Of a DNA stretch of 64,000 nucleotides, positions 11,799-22,739 are shown one piece after another (position 1 is the first letter of the stretch; each line of letters opens with the position of its first letter). The notes below the pieces were generated by a model that worked only from the letters and a program-made list of their open reading frames with translations, was not told the DNA's origin and made no database searches. Made by a program: the position numbers and the translations under genes. The stretch spans positions 800,001 to 864,000 of the forward strand of contig CBDHHL010000032.1 of the NCBI GenBank assembly GCA_965263355.1, written 5' to 3'. The DNA comes from Leptolyngbyaceae cyanobacterium. GTDB taxonomy: Bacteria; Cyanobacteriota; Cyanobacteriia; Phormidesmidales; Phormidesmidaceae.

Positions 11799-12368
11799 CT
11801 AATCAACCACATATTTCCAGTTGCTTAAAGGTCTTCGTTTATCAGCTTTCTTTGAGGTAGCTTTATGCTGAATCTTAGCTATCGTTTGGGCAGAGGATAC
11901 AGCTACTGAGGATGTTGATATATAGTCAGTACCATAGTAACTATCTCTATAGTCAAGCACGTCGGCCATCAACTGCTCCTTGGAACTCGCCCTCACATCA
12001 TCAACAATCTCCTTTAAGGACTCTTGTTCAGAGTTTTCTTCAGCAATAAACTCTTGGTCTATTTGCGGCAAAAAAGCACTACTTTTCTGTGGTACATACT
12101 CTCTTTGAATATACACCTTCCAGTTTCCATGGTGAACTTTCAATGGCCGATGTTCATCATGGGACAAAATTGCAAACTTAGATCGAACCTTTAGATAAAG
12201 TTCTCCTTGGCGGGAAAATAATGTGGCAATGCCTTTACTGATGTGATGGGAATGTCCTGTAGAAATGCCTTCTACCAAAGTAAGATGGGACAACTCTTCG
12301 CCAAGCACTTGTGGAGTTGGTAACAGAATGACATCTCCCTGGCGTATTGGTTTCATAAATCCATTCAT
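11799..12368 (-). CDS. DUF6745-associated small His-rich protein
   Basis: MKPIRQGDVILLP...EGISTGHSHHI...HDEH...QREY, the usual upstream partner of DUF6745 genes as I recall. Confidence 0.8.
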   Translation of the reverse strand: MNGFMKPIRQGDVILLPTPQVLGEELSHLTLVEGISTGHSHHISKGIATLFSRQGELYLKVRSKFAILSHDEHRPLKVHHGNWKVYIQREYVPQKSSAFLPQIDQEFIAEENSEQESLKEIVDDVRASSKEQLMADVLDYRDSYYGTDYISTSSVAVSSAQTIAKIQHKATSKKADKRRPLSNWKYVVD

Positions 12369-12767
12369 TGAGTCAACATTTGATTAGTACCAACTCTAAA
12401 TAAGATCAACAGGGAACTAACGATACAGGCTGTGTCAACTGGAAGTTCAGTATTGTTAGAAATCGTACTGAAGTATAGCTGTACCCAATCATTTTTGCTC
12501 ACATATCACTGATACACAAATTGAAAATTTTACATTCATTCAGTATTTTTCCTACTATTTTGAATCTTGAGGCTTAAATGATGCCAGTCGGAGAACCCTA
12601 CTTCACAGACTCTGAAGTATTGATAAAGCTTTGATAAAGTTAATTTGAACTAATACTGATCGATGCCAGCCACTTTGCTCGGAACAAAGAATTTATAGGA
12701 TGCCCTGCTTATCAACTAAGACTCGTCTTCCCTCTGAAGAATCGTTGAGGTTTGCATAGGACAACAT

Positions 12768-12810
12768 AAAAATGCCTGTTACTGATTTTTCTACAGCAAC
12801 AGGCATTTTT
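12768..12810 (-). terminator. Intrinsic terminator after the haloperoxidase-like gene
   Basis: AAAAATGCCTGTT...AACAGGCATTTTT inverted repeat with A/T tails. Confidence 0.7.
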
Positions 12811-12858
12811 ATCTTTTCAGTCATGACTCAGGAGTTTCCCCTCTCCATCCCTCAGAGC

Positions 12859-15309
12859 CTAACCAAACTTAACCTCAATAACACAATCATCAAAGTCAAG
12901 ATCACCACCATCAGGTAAGTCTTCAAACCCAAAGACATTATCCCCTAATAGACGAACATGGTCCTTACCATCTGCGTTTGCGCCAATGAATGGGAAGTAA
13001 ATTGCAGGATCATTACCAGCATTAGCATCCAACAACTCCTCAATCGTGCCATTAACAACAATAAAGGGAGCAATCATTTGTCCGGCCTCCAGAGTACTGG
13101 TAACCGTCGCAACGCTATTATTCTCTGCAAATAAAGAGATATTAGCAATCCGATTATTCAACGCCGCCTGGATATACTCAGTAGTCACACCAGCACTAAT
13201 AGCATTACCCGTTGAATCTTTGATTTGGCCAGAGATATCATCAATCACGTAAAAGCCCACAACGCTACTCAAAGCCGCTTCACGCTGAATAGTAAAGGTG
13301 ACATCCACTGCCTCAGTCAGACTCGTAAGATCAATAATTTCAGCCTGGGTCACTCCCTGAAAACTAACACCAATCGGAGACGTACTTACCTGGGCAGCAT
13401 TCACAGTCAAACCTGCAATATCGAGGCTAAAATCAACGGTGCTTGTATCTACCTGACGAATATCGGTAAAAGACACGCTGCCACCACCACCGCGTAAAAA
13501 ACTATCTAAGTTCCCCTCACTAATAGAGAAAAAGCTCACATAGCTACCACTCAAAAATGAACGAGTACTTAAAGAGCTAAAGTTAGCACTAAAGTCAGCA
13601 TTACCAGGTATAGGAGAAAATAAAATCGCCCCACGGGCTAAGGCAGCTTCAATGTAACCAGGGTCCCCTGGTGCCAGACCATCGATAGTACCAGTCGCAT
13701 CATCAACAACGACAACCCCTATCTCTAAACTGGCACTCAGCTGTACCAGACTGAACTCAAGATTAATCGTAGTAGCACCATTCGCAAAGGCTTGTACTTG
13801 ATCCCATACTTCATTGCCCACAGCGCGCCCCAGGGAACGACCATTAAGATCACCATCATCAAAATGAATTCCTCCATAAATTCGGGAAAGACCTGCTTCA
13901 TCAGCAGCTTCGGTGAACGTATCCCAAGTTAGTGTAAGCACAGATATTGGAGTAATGCCCGCCTCAAAACGTGACTCACCAGGCTGGAAAGTAATCGAAG
14001 CATCAAACGCATCGCTGTCAGTAAACAGACGTAAAATCTCTGCTCCTGCTGCACTAAAGGAACTATGACCCGAAGTATATTCTGCAAATGGTGGAGACGG
14101 ATCACTACCAGGTGTCTGATAAGTCAAAAAGTTCTCAGCAAGAATCGTTTGGGTACCTGCATCAGGAGACCAGGCATCAATCACAAACCCCGTCTCACCA
14201 GTAACTGCATCAGTACCAATCGTGCCATTGTTAAGCAAGCCCAGTGCTCCCAGCTCACGAATAGCCCGAACAGGACGTACATAATCGTAAAAGAGCTTGG
14301 CTTCCCAGGTAGCGACGCCAGCATCAAATACGGCATTGCCCAGGGCAAAAAATAGCTCTGCGTCTTCATCCAGACTATGATCATCTCGGGCAGAGACAAA
14401 CTGGCCAAAGGTCATCCAGGTACCGGGAGGGAAGGATGTACCACCGCCATCTTCCCAGAATTCTGCAATTAACTTTTGCTCATCAGTCAGGTTAGCACTC
14501 GCCGCAACAACTCGCTCAGTTTGTTCGATAAACGCTGGATTGATGATTGTCCCTACAAGAGACGGGGTAATCACCTCTACTGTATTATTAGCCAGGGTAA
14601 TGGTCCCTGCATCCAGATCTACAGTTGCTCCATCAACTAGTAAGAAGGGTTCTGGTGCTACAGGTCGTAGAATACTAGGAGAGTCTAAGGCAAAGGGATC
14701 GACAAAGCCCCACTGAGGTGTCAAAAACTGTTGTTGATTACCCACAGAGTCAATAGGTACAAACTCAGGGGTCCACTTCTCTAAATCAGTAATGTTGTTA
14801 GAACCGGCATTAACAGGTTGATAATTCGTATTATCAATATAGCCATTAAGCTGGTTAGAACCATCCTGACGACGCACCTGCATCAATGCCTCTGCAGAAA
14901 CGTTACCGATGCCAGCCGCAGTACTTGTATTAGTCGTTGTGTTATTAGGATCAAATCCCAACTCAACCATGAGCTGATCAAAAATTGCCCGCTGGGTAGG
15001 AAACAGCTCTATCAACACTCGATAGGCGGCAAAGCTCATAGCTTCAATTTTATTGGCCTCTGTATTTTCAGAGAGAGGGCGCTGCAGATCATCACCTAAC
15101 TGTGTCGCCACAGCCCCTAGATCATAGGCTGCCCAGGCATCAAACATAGCAGTGTGCAGAATACTGTAAGCCCGTGACGCAATCGTAGGTCCCGGTGCTG
15201 TATTGATAACAGCTGCTTGTACGACCTGGTCCCACCTGACTGAGATAGTCGGGGATGGATCGTCCACCGTTACCAGTTGGGAAATAGGATCTAGGATTAA
15301 TTCAGACAT
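12859..15309 (-). CDS. Vanadium-dependent haloperoxidase-like (PAP2 superfamily) protein with C-terminal DUF4114-like domain
   Basis: Vanadate-binding motifs WEAK..YDYVRP, PPFAEYTSGHS and SRIYGGIHF. C-terminal NADGKDHVRLLGDNVFGFEDLPDGGDLDFDD. Confidence 0.85.
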   Translation of the reverse strand: MSELILDPISQLVTVDDPSPTISVRWDQVVQAAVINTAPGPTIASRAYSILHTAMFDAWAAYDLGAVATQLGDDLQRPLSENTEANKIEAMSFAAYRVLIELFPTQRAIFDQLMVELGFDPNNTTTNTSTAAGIGNVSAEALMQVRRQDGSNQLNGYIDNTNYQPVNAGSNNITDLEKWTPEFVPIDSVGNQQQFLTPQWGFVDPFALDSPSILRPVAPEPFLLVDGATVDLDAGTITLANNTVEVITPSLVGTIINPAFIEQTERVVAASANLTDEQKLIAEFWEDGGGTSFPPGTWMTFGQFVSARDDHSLDEDAELFFALGNAVFDAGVATWEAKLFYDYVRPVRAIRELGALGLLNNGTIGTDAVTGETGFVIDAWSPDAGTQTILAENFLTYQTPGSDPSPPFAEYTSGHSSFSAAGAEILRLFTDSDAFDASITFQPGESRFEAGITPISVLTLTWDTFTEAADEAGLSRIYGGIHFDDGDLNGRSLGRAVGNEVWDQVQAFANGATTINLEFSLVQLSASLEIGVVVVDDATGTIDGLAPGDPGYIEAALARGAILFSPIPGNADFSANFSSLSTRSFLSGSYVSFFSISEGNLDSFLRGGGGSVSFTDIRQVDTSTVDFSLDIAGLTVNAAQVSTSPIGVSFQGVTQAEIIDLTSLTEAVDVTFTIQREAALSSVVGFYVIDDISGQIKDSTGNAISAGVTTEYIQAALNNRIANISLFAENNSVATVTSTLEAGQMIAPFIVVNGTIEELLDANAGNDPAIYFPFIGANADGKDHVRLLGDNVFGFEDLPDGGDLDFDDCVIEVKFG

Positions 15310-15930
15310 ATTTAATAAATCTCATAAGCACAAAAACCTGTGGCCCCCACAGAAACATTACCTTTGTAAAGAAACCAACAGAGAAATCCAAGCTCAAGAA
15401 CATGAGTCCTAATCATGAAATATTGGCATTCAGCATTGTTTATTCTTTGAGTGTTTTATGCCACACCTAGCGAGACATATCAGGTAGCAGAAAATTCTCA
15501 GTTAAATAAAACAGGTAGGGGCACTAACAAGTTCGTTGACATAATTAGGGACTTAGGGCACGTACGAGAAGTTTCACCATACGAACATTTGGCAAGATAT
15601 ATGTTATGTCCTCACATTCAAGGGGTGTTTCTCTAAAGTTCTTACTAAGTCATCAATAACATTCATGAAAACCTACAGATCAAATAATCATCGTAGTCGA
15701 AACAGAATAAAGAGACTCTTATTGCCATCAAAAAATTCTCATTAATACCAAAGGAAATCTGGCTACACCACCACAGACAAAGGTAATGATAAATAACTGC
15801 AAGGTCCATCAAGCTGCCTGTAGTAGGGCAAAAATAATATCTAAGAGATTTAAGAGACTCAGATCTCTCAGAGCATCCCTCAGATATATTGCTATCACTT
15901 GCCAACCTAAAGTGAGGGCTCGCGCCTAAA

Positions 15931-17967
15931 CTACTGCACCACTAAGGTTTTTACATAGCCTGCTAACTCAGGACTAAACCGAGCAATAAAACCATCATCG
16001 GCACCGTAGAGTTCAATCGGCAGCTGTGTCCGCTTACCAATGTTGATCACCTCTTGTAACAGGGCATTGATTTCAACAATCATCTGGGCAGACGCTGGCA
16101 CAGTAGTATTTCGATTATTTGGCTCGGTAATAGAAAAATCCGCCAGAGCATCATAATCTTTAGCTAATTTGAGCTGTACTGTACCGCCCTTCATGCCAAA
16201 CTGACAAAACGTCGGCTTACAAACACTGGAAAAATCGTCCTTAGCCTTATCAAATCGAATGGCTAACCGCAGATTCTCTTGGGCTTGGGATAGAGCTGGC
16301 TCATAGTTTTTTAGCAAGGTTTGGCTATCCGCATAGCGTGACGTACCAACCGGTACTCCTTTTACCTGGGTAATGGCATCTCGCCATCCCAACATCGCCA
16401 ACGTCCACTGTTCCTCTGCTTCATATTGACGGGCAGTGGCCGCATGGCGCACGGCTTCGTTATAGAACTGATCGGCAGCCTGTTCTTTTTGATAGCGTGT
16501 GCGGACCTCAGCTAGATCAGTCTCGTATTTGGCTAACAGCTTACCTGCCTCGCCGTGAGCCATCGTCCCTTTGGGAATCTGTTTGAGCTGTTTAACAGAT
16601 TTATCCCAAGAGTCTAGGGCCGTTTTCCAAGCAGATAGCGTATTAGCTATTTCCGCTTGATCCTTAGCTAAGGCCCCGGTCAACTGAGCCTGATTCAGGT
16701 TTTCCTCCGCCCTTTGTTCCGCCAAGATCCTGTCTTCAATCGCCGCTAGGTTATTCCGATATTCCTGTAACTTTGGGGTAACAAACGCGTTGTAAATAGG
16801 ACTCCCTGTCGGAATCTCTTCCAGCTGAGCAATGGTCTCACGCCAACGATTAGCAATCCCATCCCAGTGGGCAATGGGATGGGGGGGATTTTGACTGTCC
16901 TTGGCCGCTTGGTAGGCATTTTCCTGGGCCGCTGCCACAGCATTAAGTAAATTTGCTTCACCTTGATAATTAGCCAATAATGATTGGGCATCTGATCGAT
17001 ATCGTGACCATGGTGGAATGGGTTTGAGGGTATCCACAGCTGTATTTAGCTGTTCACTCATATCGATTACCGTTTGGGGGGTTGGCTGATCTTTAAGGGC
17101 AATTAAGGCCGCATCACCTAGAGCTTGAGCCTGCTGGATGCGATCGCACCCCCCCAGCACACAGGGTCGACTTAAACCATACCCTAAGCCCCCAAATATA
17201 GCCGCCACACCAATCCCAGCCACCACCAAACTGAGGGGAAAACGAGGTTGATCAAAATCATCATCCTCTGGCTCAGCCCCCTCTACAAAGACCGACTCAC
17301 CCATGCCATCATCGGGCATTTCCTCTGAATCATGCTCGTAGAGCCCATTCAAATTTAAGAGTTGCTCAACAGATGGTTCATCGTCAATTGCAGACTCCTC
17401 TATGGACAGTAAATCCTCACCAAATTTGAGTTCCTCACCGGATAAAAGTTCTCCTTCACCAGATAAAAATTCCTCTTCAGAGAGATCTCCCGTTACCTCA
17501 TCCTCATCCCCAGCATCACTCTCAAACAAACTGACAGGAGCAACTTCCGGTTGACGACTTAATAATGGCTCAAAGACTTGATCATCAAGGGCCATGTCAT
17601 CTAAAAAAACAGGTCCAGAACTATCCTGTAGTAACCAATTAAACCGATGCACCGCAATCGGTTTTGGCATCGATGGCTGCTTTAAATACACCTTAATTGG
17701 AATAGGTTTCCCTGTAGCACCTAAATGCTCAGCCTCTACAGGTAGTCCTTCAATCTCTAAGCGATGACGAATCGAAGTTTCTGCCTGGGCAAATACATAC
17801 TGTTCAGGCACCGTATCCATATGGGGACTTTCTAACAAAACCATGAGTTTACCCCGGCTAACGGCACACTGTACCGTTATCTCCTCAGGCACCTCCGGCG
17901 TCCTACTCAAATCGTAGGTCAGATCTACCGCCAGGCGGCTTAGGGTAAACGCCGACGCTAAACTCAT
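15931..17967 (-). CDS. Hypothetical membrane-anchored protein (acidic linker, TM helix, helical repeat region)
   Basis: 678 aa with a D/E-rich segment, a TM helix, RPCVLGGC, and repeated W..AI.QL..IP.G helical units. Confidence 0.8.
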   Translation of the reverse strand: MSLASAFTLSRLAVDLTYDLSRTPEVPEEITVQCAVSRGKLMVLLESPHMDTVPEQYVFAQAETSIRHRLEIEGLPVEAEHLGATGKPIPIKVYLKQPSMPKPIAVHRFNWLLQDSSGPVFLDDMALDDQVFEPLLSRQPEVAPVSLFESDAGDEDEVTGDLSEEEFLSGEGELLSGEELKFGEDLLSIEESAIDDEPSVEQLLNLNGLYEHDSEEMPDDGMGESVFVEGAEPEDDDFDQPRFPLSLVVAGIGVAAIFGGLGYGLSRPCVLGGCDRIQQAQALGDAALIALKDQPTPQTVIDMSEQLNTAVDTLKPIPPWSRYRSDAQSLLANYQGEANLLNAVAAAQENAYQAAKDSQNPPHPIAHWDGIANRWRETIAQLEEIPTGSPIYNAFVTPKLQEYRNNLAAIEDRILAEQRAEENLNQAQLTGALAKDQAEIANTLSAWKTALDSWDKSVKQLKQIPKGTMAHGEAGKLLAKYETDLAEVRTRYQKEQAADQFYNEAVRHAATARQYEAEEQWTLAMLGWRDAITQVKGVPVGTSRYADSQTLLKNYEPALSQAQENLRLAIRFDKAKDDFSSVCKPTFCQFGMKGGTVQLKLAKDYDALADFSITEPNNRNTTVPASAQMIVEINALLQEVINIGKRTQLPIELYGADDGFIARFSPELAGYVKTLVVQ

Positions 17968-18427
17968 GCTCTACGCCTCCACAACGTCAACCAGCAGGGC
18001 AATCGCCCTAGTAAACAACTGTCTAAAGACAACCAATGCATCATCTAACCATAGGTTTGGTCCCTAGTTTACCCACACATTCAATGTGGAAAGGGCCAAG
18101 GGTATCAAAGCTATTGAATAGTGGCCTATTGTTTACGTTTTCGCAAGCCCTTTTCCCCTTTGTTCAACACCTATTTGCATAATCCCCCTAAATCAAGGGA
18201 CAAATAATAGTCAAATCCCCAGCACACGTTACCCTAGAACTCAACCATATCCCCCGAAACCAAGCCATGTCCAAGTTGAAACTGGTAATTCCTCTGCAGA
18301 CAAATGCTAGACCACATCTAAGTTGAAGCCGGTAGGTTTTTCACCGGAAAAATAACCATCCCGGATGTGGAAAAGGTTTATTTCTGGACATGGATAAGAT
18401 TTAGTTCGTTTTTCTCGCAGTGATCAG

Positions 18428-19162
18428 ATGAACATCCTAATTGTTGAAGACGAAGTTGATATTGCTAACCTGATTCAGCTTTATCTGACAAATGAAAACT
18501 TCATCACTGAAATCTGTACCAGCGGGACCGAGGCCCTAGAACGCTTTCCTATTTTTCAACCAGACCTGATTATCCTGGATTTGATGATCCCAGGATTAGA
18601 TGGTTTAGAAGTCTGCGCCCGCATTCGTCAGACACCGGGCAAAAAAGATCCCTACATATTGATGCTGACTGCTAGAGGGGAAGAGCTTGATCGCATTATC
18701 GGCCTCTCCACAGGAGCCGATGACTACATGGTCAAACCCTTTAGCCCCCGTGAACTCGTTGCTCGGGTAAGGGCTTTACTACGCCGTAGTCTGCGAGGAT
18801 CAGACCCTGGTCAAGACTATCAGACGGCTCACTTTACCATCAACCTTAATCAACGCACCGTTCTTTACAAACAGCCAGCTCAACGGTTAGCCAATCAAGG
18901 TTCAACCACTATTACCTTAGATTTGACGCCGTTAGAATTTGATTTGCTAGCCACATTTTTGAGCTACCCTGGTCGCGTCTGGAACCGCCCACAGCTGATC
19001 GAAAAGCTCTGGGGAGACAAGTTCTTTGGCGATGAACGGGTAGTCGATACTCACATTGCTCGTCTGCGTAAAAAAATCGAACCCAACCCAACCCAACCGA
19101 TGTTTATCAAAACCGTTGTCGGTGTTGGTTATAGATTTGAAGATGGCCCTATGGGTTCTTAA
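18428..19162 (+). CDS. OmpR-family response regulator
   Basis: Receiver domain (ILIVEDE, DLMIPGLDG, GADDYMVKPF) plus winged helix (VVDTHIARLRKK). Confidence 0.95.
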   Translation: MNILIVEDEVDIANLIQLYLTNENFITEICTSGTEALERFPIFQPDLIILDLMIPGLDGLEVCARIRQTPGKKDPYILMLTARGEELDRIIGLSTGADDYMVKPFSPRELVARVRALLRRSLRGSDPGQDYQTAHFTINLNQRTVLYKQPAQRLANQGSTTITLDLTPLEFDLLATFLSYPGRVWNRPQLIEKLWGDKFFGDERVVDTHIARLRKKIEPNPTQPMFIKTVVGVGYRFEDGPMGS

Positions 19163-19194
19163 CGCTTAAAACTCCCCCTTATTGCCTTTAGTAC

Positions 19195-20313
19195 ATGGCA
19201 AAAGTCCCGTCAAATATCAGTTTACGCACCAGATTACTGCTATCCCACCTGATCGTTATGGCAGTGGCGATCATCGCCCTCGCTGGTGTCAGTCGTCTTT
19301 CCACCCCCCGATATTTTGTGGTCACCTTAGAACGGCTAGAAGGCAGAGGTATTCGCATTCAACAAATGCGTGGCCAAATTTTAGAAAGCTTTACCGACGC
19401 CTGGGCAAGGGGCATGATCTGGTCAGTCCTGTTGGGTGGCGGGGCCGCTGGCGGCATTAGCTATTTACTATCGCGACGGATAATTCGTCCGCTTACCCGC
19501 ATGGAACGTATTACCCAACGTTTCGCGGCTGGGGATTGGGCCGCCCGTGTCCCCGCTTCAGATATTCCAGAGTTACACCAACTTGGCCACAGCTTTAACC
19601 GCATGGCAAGCGACCTAGAACAGGTGGAACAACAGCGACGTGAGCTAGTCAGCGACCTATCCCATGAACTACGTACACCCCTCACCATCATTCGTGGCTA
19701 CCTTGAAGCCCTGACCGATAAAAAATTGACTGCCACGCCTGAGACTTACGCCTGCCTAATTCGTGAAACCCAACGACTGCAGCGTCTAGTGGAAGATTTA
19801 CAAGAACTCTCCAAGTTGGAGGCGGGCTATCTACCCATTCAACGGCAATGCTTGGACCTAGAACCGTTAATTCGGCAGGTCACTCAGCGGTTTCGAGATC
19901 AACAGATTGCATTGGAAAATCCGCAAATTGTCGTAGATGTGGCTGCTGTTCTCCCCGCTGCTGACGCTGACGCTGCCCGTACTGAACAAATTTTGGTTAA
20001 CTTACTCAGTAATGCCCTGCAGTACACAGACACTGGCAAAATAACGGTTAAAGCGTGGCATCAGGCAGAACGGGTTTGGCTATCGGTACGGGATACAGGT
20101 ATCGGTATCGCTGACACCGATTTACCCCATGTTTTTGAACGATTCTGGCGAGCCGATCGCTCTCGTAGCCGCCGTTCTGGCGGTACTGGCATTGGTCTGG
20201 CCATTTGCAAACGTTTGGTCGAACTACAGGGAGGCGAAATTTATGTCAGCAGCCAAATCAACCAGGGCAGCACATTTAAATTTTGGTTGCCTAAAGCTAC
20301 GCAAACCCACTAA
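19195..20313 (+). CDS. HAMP-domain sensor histidine kinase (BaeS-like)
   Basis: Two TM helices, HAMP, SHELRTPL H-box, N/G1/F/G2 boxes. Confidence 0.95.
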   Translation: MAKVPSNISLRTRLLLSHLIVMAVAIIALAGVSRLSTPRYFVVTLERLEGRGIRIQQMRGQILESFTDAWARGMIWSVLLGGGAAGGISYLLSRRIIRPLTRMERITQRFAAGDWAARVPASDIPELHQLGHSFNRMASDLEQVEQQRRELVSDLSHELRTPLTIIRGYLEALTDKKLTATPETYACLIRETQRLQRLVEDLQELSKLEAGYLPIQRQCLDLEPLIRQVTQRFRDQQIALENPQIVVDVAAVLPAADADAARTEQILVNLLSNALQYTDTGKITVKAWHQAERVWLSVRDTGIGIADTDLPHVFERFWRADRSRSRRSGGTGIGLAICKRLVELQGGEIYVSSQINQGSTFKFWLPKATQTH

Positions 20314-20490
20314 GTTTTAACATAGATGGAATACCAACGGATTACAATCCATGAAGTGATAGGTCATAATAATGAGTACTGATGACCGTCACTGCGGACA
20401 CTCAACTGATGGATAGCCGCTGTTAGCAGCGTGGTTATTCGATTGAGCTTTCTTGACCTGCGGCCAATACCTGTCCGCTTCATTGCACTC

Positions 20491-21552
20491 ATGTCCGAAT
20501 CCAAATCCCAAGATCCACGCCTTAGCAAAAAGCTATGTGACTCTAGTCAGCTTTTTCGCGATCGCTATGAGGTAGTGCGTATTTTGGGGCGAGGCGGCTT
20601 TGGCGTAACTCATTTAGCTCGCGATCGCATGCTGCCTGGGTCACCACTATGTGTAATTAAACAGCTCTTTCCTAAAGTCAGTCATCCCATCGCCCTGGAA
20701 CGCGCCAAACAGCGTTTTCGCCGTGAAGCTAGAATCCTCGGACGGTTAGGTAGCCACTCGCAACTGCCCATGCTGTTGGACTACTTCACCTTCAAAGGGG
20801 AATTTTTCCTAGTGCAGGAATATGTTCACGGGGATACCCTCAGCCGTGAAGTGCGCAAAAACGGTGCCCAGAAAGAACCTACCGTTAAGAAATTTCTAGC
20901 AGAAGTGCTCCCAGCAGTCCGCTACATCCATAGAAATCGCGTTATTCATCGCGACATTAAACCCCCCAATATCATTCGCTGTCGCGACGATAATCGTTTA
21001 GTACTCCTCGACTTTGGTGCCGTGCGTGAGTGCCTGCACCATGATGATGACCCCGGTGATCACGCAGCCAGCCCAACCACCCATTTTGTCGGCACCATGG
21101 GCTTTGCACCCCCAGAGCAGCTAGCACTACGTCCCACCTACAGCAGTGATATCTATGCCTTAGGTGTGACCTGTCTATATTTACTTACAGGTAAATCTCC
21201 CTTGGAATTTGATGTTGATCCCGATACCCAGGAGATAAACTGGCAACGCTCAGTCAGTATCAGCACATCCTTTGAAAAATTATTATCTAAAATGTTAACC
21301 ACTGATTTGTCAGAGCGATTCAGACGCATTGACGAGGTGCAGCATGCCCTTCAGTTAGATGCCCATTACAGCAACTTAGAACGCTGTCTCAACCGCGTCC
21401 CCAAAGCCCCAGAAACAGTCCCCCAAAAGGATGCCCTGGATTTAGAAAAAAGCCAATCCCCGATTCAACGGAAAGCAGCTGCCATTCGACGATTACGGCA
21501 ACGTCAGCATACGAAAAACCGTCCTAGCACTGGATCTGCATTTCCATTGTAA
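20491..21552 (+). CDS. Hanks-type Ser/Thr protein kinase
   Basis: LGRGGFG, VIKQL, HRDIKPPN, DFG and GTMGFAPPEQ motifs. Start placed at MSESKS. Confidence 0.93.
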   Translation: MSESKSQDPRLSKKLCDSSQLFRDRYEVVRILGRGGFGVTHLARDRMLPGSPLCVIKQLFPKVSHPIALERAKQRFRREARILGRLGSHSQLPMLLDYFTFKGEFFLVQEYVHGDTLSREVRKNGAQKEPTVKKFLAEVLPAVRYIHRNRVIHRDIKPPNIIRCRDDNRLVLLDFGAVRECLHHDDDPGDHAASPTTHFVGTMGFAPPEQLALRPTYSSDIYALGVTCLYLLTGKSPLEFDVDPDTQEINWQRSVSISTSFEKLLSKMLTTDLSERFRRIDEVQHALQLDAHYSNLERCLNRVPKAPETVPQKDALDLEKSQSPIQRKAAAIRRLRQRQHTKNRPSTGSAFPL

Positions 21553-21605
21553 GCTCCCCGGTCCTAAGGACTCTAACAGTGGAGCTATCACAAAGCACTT
21601 TAGCT

Positions 21606-22499
21606 CTAAAGCCAGGTTTGGATTACATCATCCACTAGCTCAGGCAATTCATCGTAGAGACAGTGGCCAGCCCCATCTATTGCTTGATAAGTAATTTGTG
21701 GGCTTAAGGCCAGAATTTGCTCTGCCCATTTTATCGGTAGGACATTGTCTTGCGTACCCCACAGTAAAAGGATTGGGATAGATATCTGCTGGATCAGCTC
21801 TGCAGTCACATCACTAAATTCCGCCTTGGTACGAGATTTAACCAGGTAACAAAGCGTACGGGCTGCTCCACGCTCCAAGGTTGGTCTTGTAAATAGATCC
21901 ACTAGCTCATCATTAACCCGTTCAGGTCGTTGGTAAATACCAGTTAGCACCCTCCGAATCAAACCTGGCTGACGCACTATTGCAAATAAGGGCCTCAGTA
22001 ATAATGGCGTTGCAAATAGACTCTCCACTTGCCGCGCTAGCCGTTCTACCCGCCCTGATACTAATTCCTGACGGGAAAGGGGTAACGTGAATAAAATTAG
22101 CCGATCTGCCATATCTGAATGCCGGGCTATTGCTGTCAAAGCCACTAAAGCCCCCAGAGAATGCCCAATCAAGATAACAGGTTGACCAATCACCGTTTGC
22201 CAAAAGTCATAGACTTGCGCTTGCCAGAATTCAGCCCCCATTAGCACCGCTGCCTTTTGGGAATGACCAAAGCCTAAAAGATCTAAGGCATAAACGGGGC
22301 GTTGTTGCCCCCAACCCTTTAGATTTGATCGCCACTGTTCCAAACTAGCCCCAAAGCCGTGGATTAATAACATCGGTTGCCGCTGCTGAGCAACCCAATC
22401 ATCGGGACGGATATAGGTATAGCGGACACGCCAACCACGCCAGCACCAAAAACGCTGATGTCCCAAGTCGGGACGGTGAGAGGCTTGGGTTCGCTTCAT
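21606..22499 (-). CDS. Alpha/beta fold hydrolase
   Basis: HGFGAS, DLLGFG, GHSLG nucleophile elbow, GAGHC. Confidence 0.92.
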   Translation of the reverse strand: MKRTQASHRPDLGHQRFWCWRGWRVRYTYIRPDDWVAQQRQPMLLIHGFGASLEQWRSNLKGWGQQRPVYALDLLGFGHSQKAAVLMGAEFWQAQVYDFWQTVIGQPVILIGHSLGALVALTAIARHSDMADRLILFTLPLSRQELVSGRVERLARQVESLFATPLLLRPLFAIVRQPGLIRRVLTGIYQRPERVNDELVDLFTRPTLERGAARTLCYLVKSRTKAEFSDVTAELIQQISIPILLLWGTQDNVLPIKWAEQILALSPQITYQAIDGAGHCLYDELPELVDDVIQTWL

Positions 22500-22739
22500 A
22501 GATGCAATTATGGAAATAGATGATAACTATCATGTAACTTCAGCCAGCTTGCCATTAAAGGAACCAATAGTGGCTAACTGCAGATACCTTTAAGATAGAT
22601 TAAGAACCATTTACTGATGAGTTGAACCACGTCCAAGTTGAACCCTATAGATCTTTCCCTGGGAAAACGACCGTCCTGGACGTGGACAAGGTTTAACCAT
22701 CCCCCTAAAAACTCATCCCTAGGGACAGTGAGGCTTACT

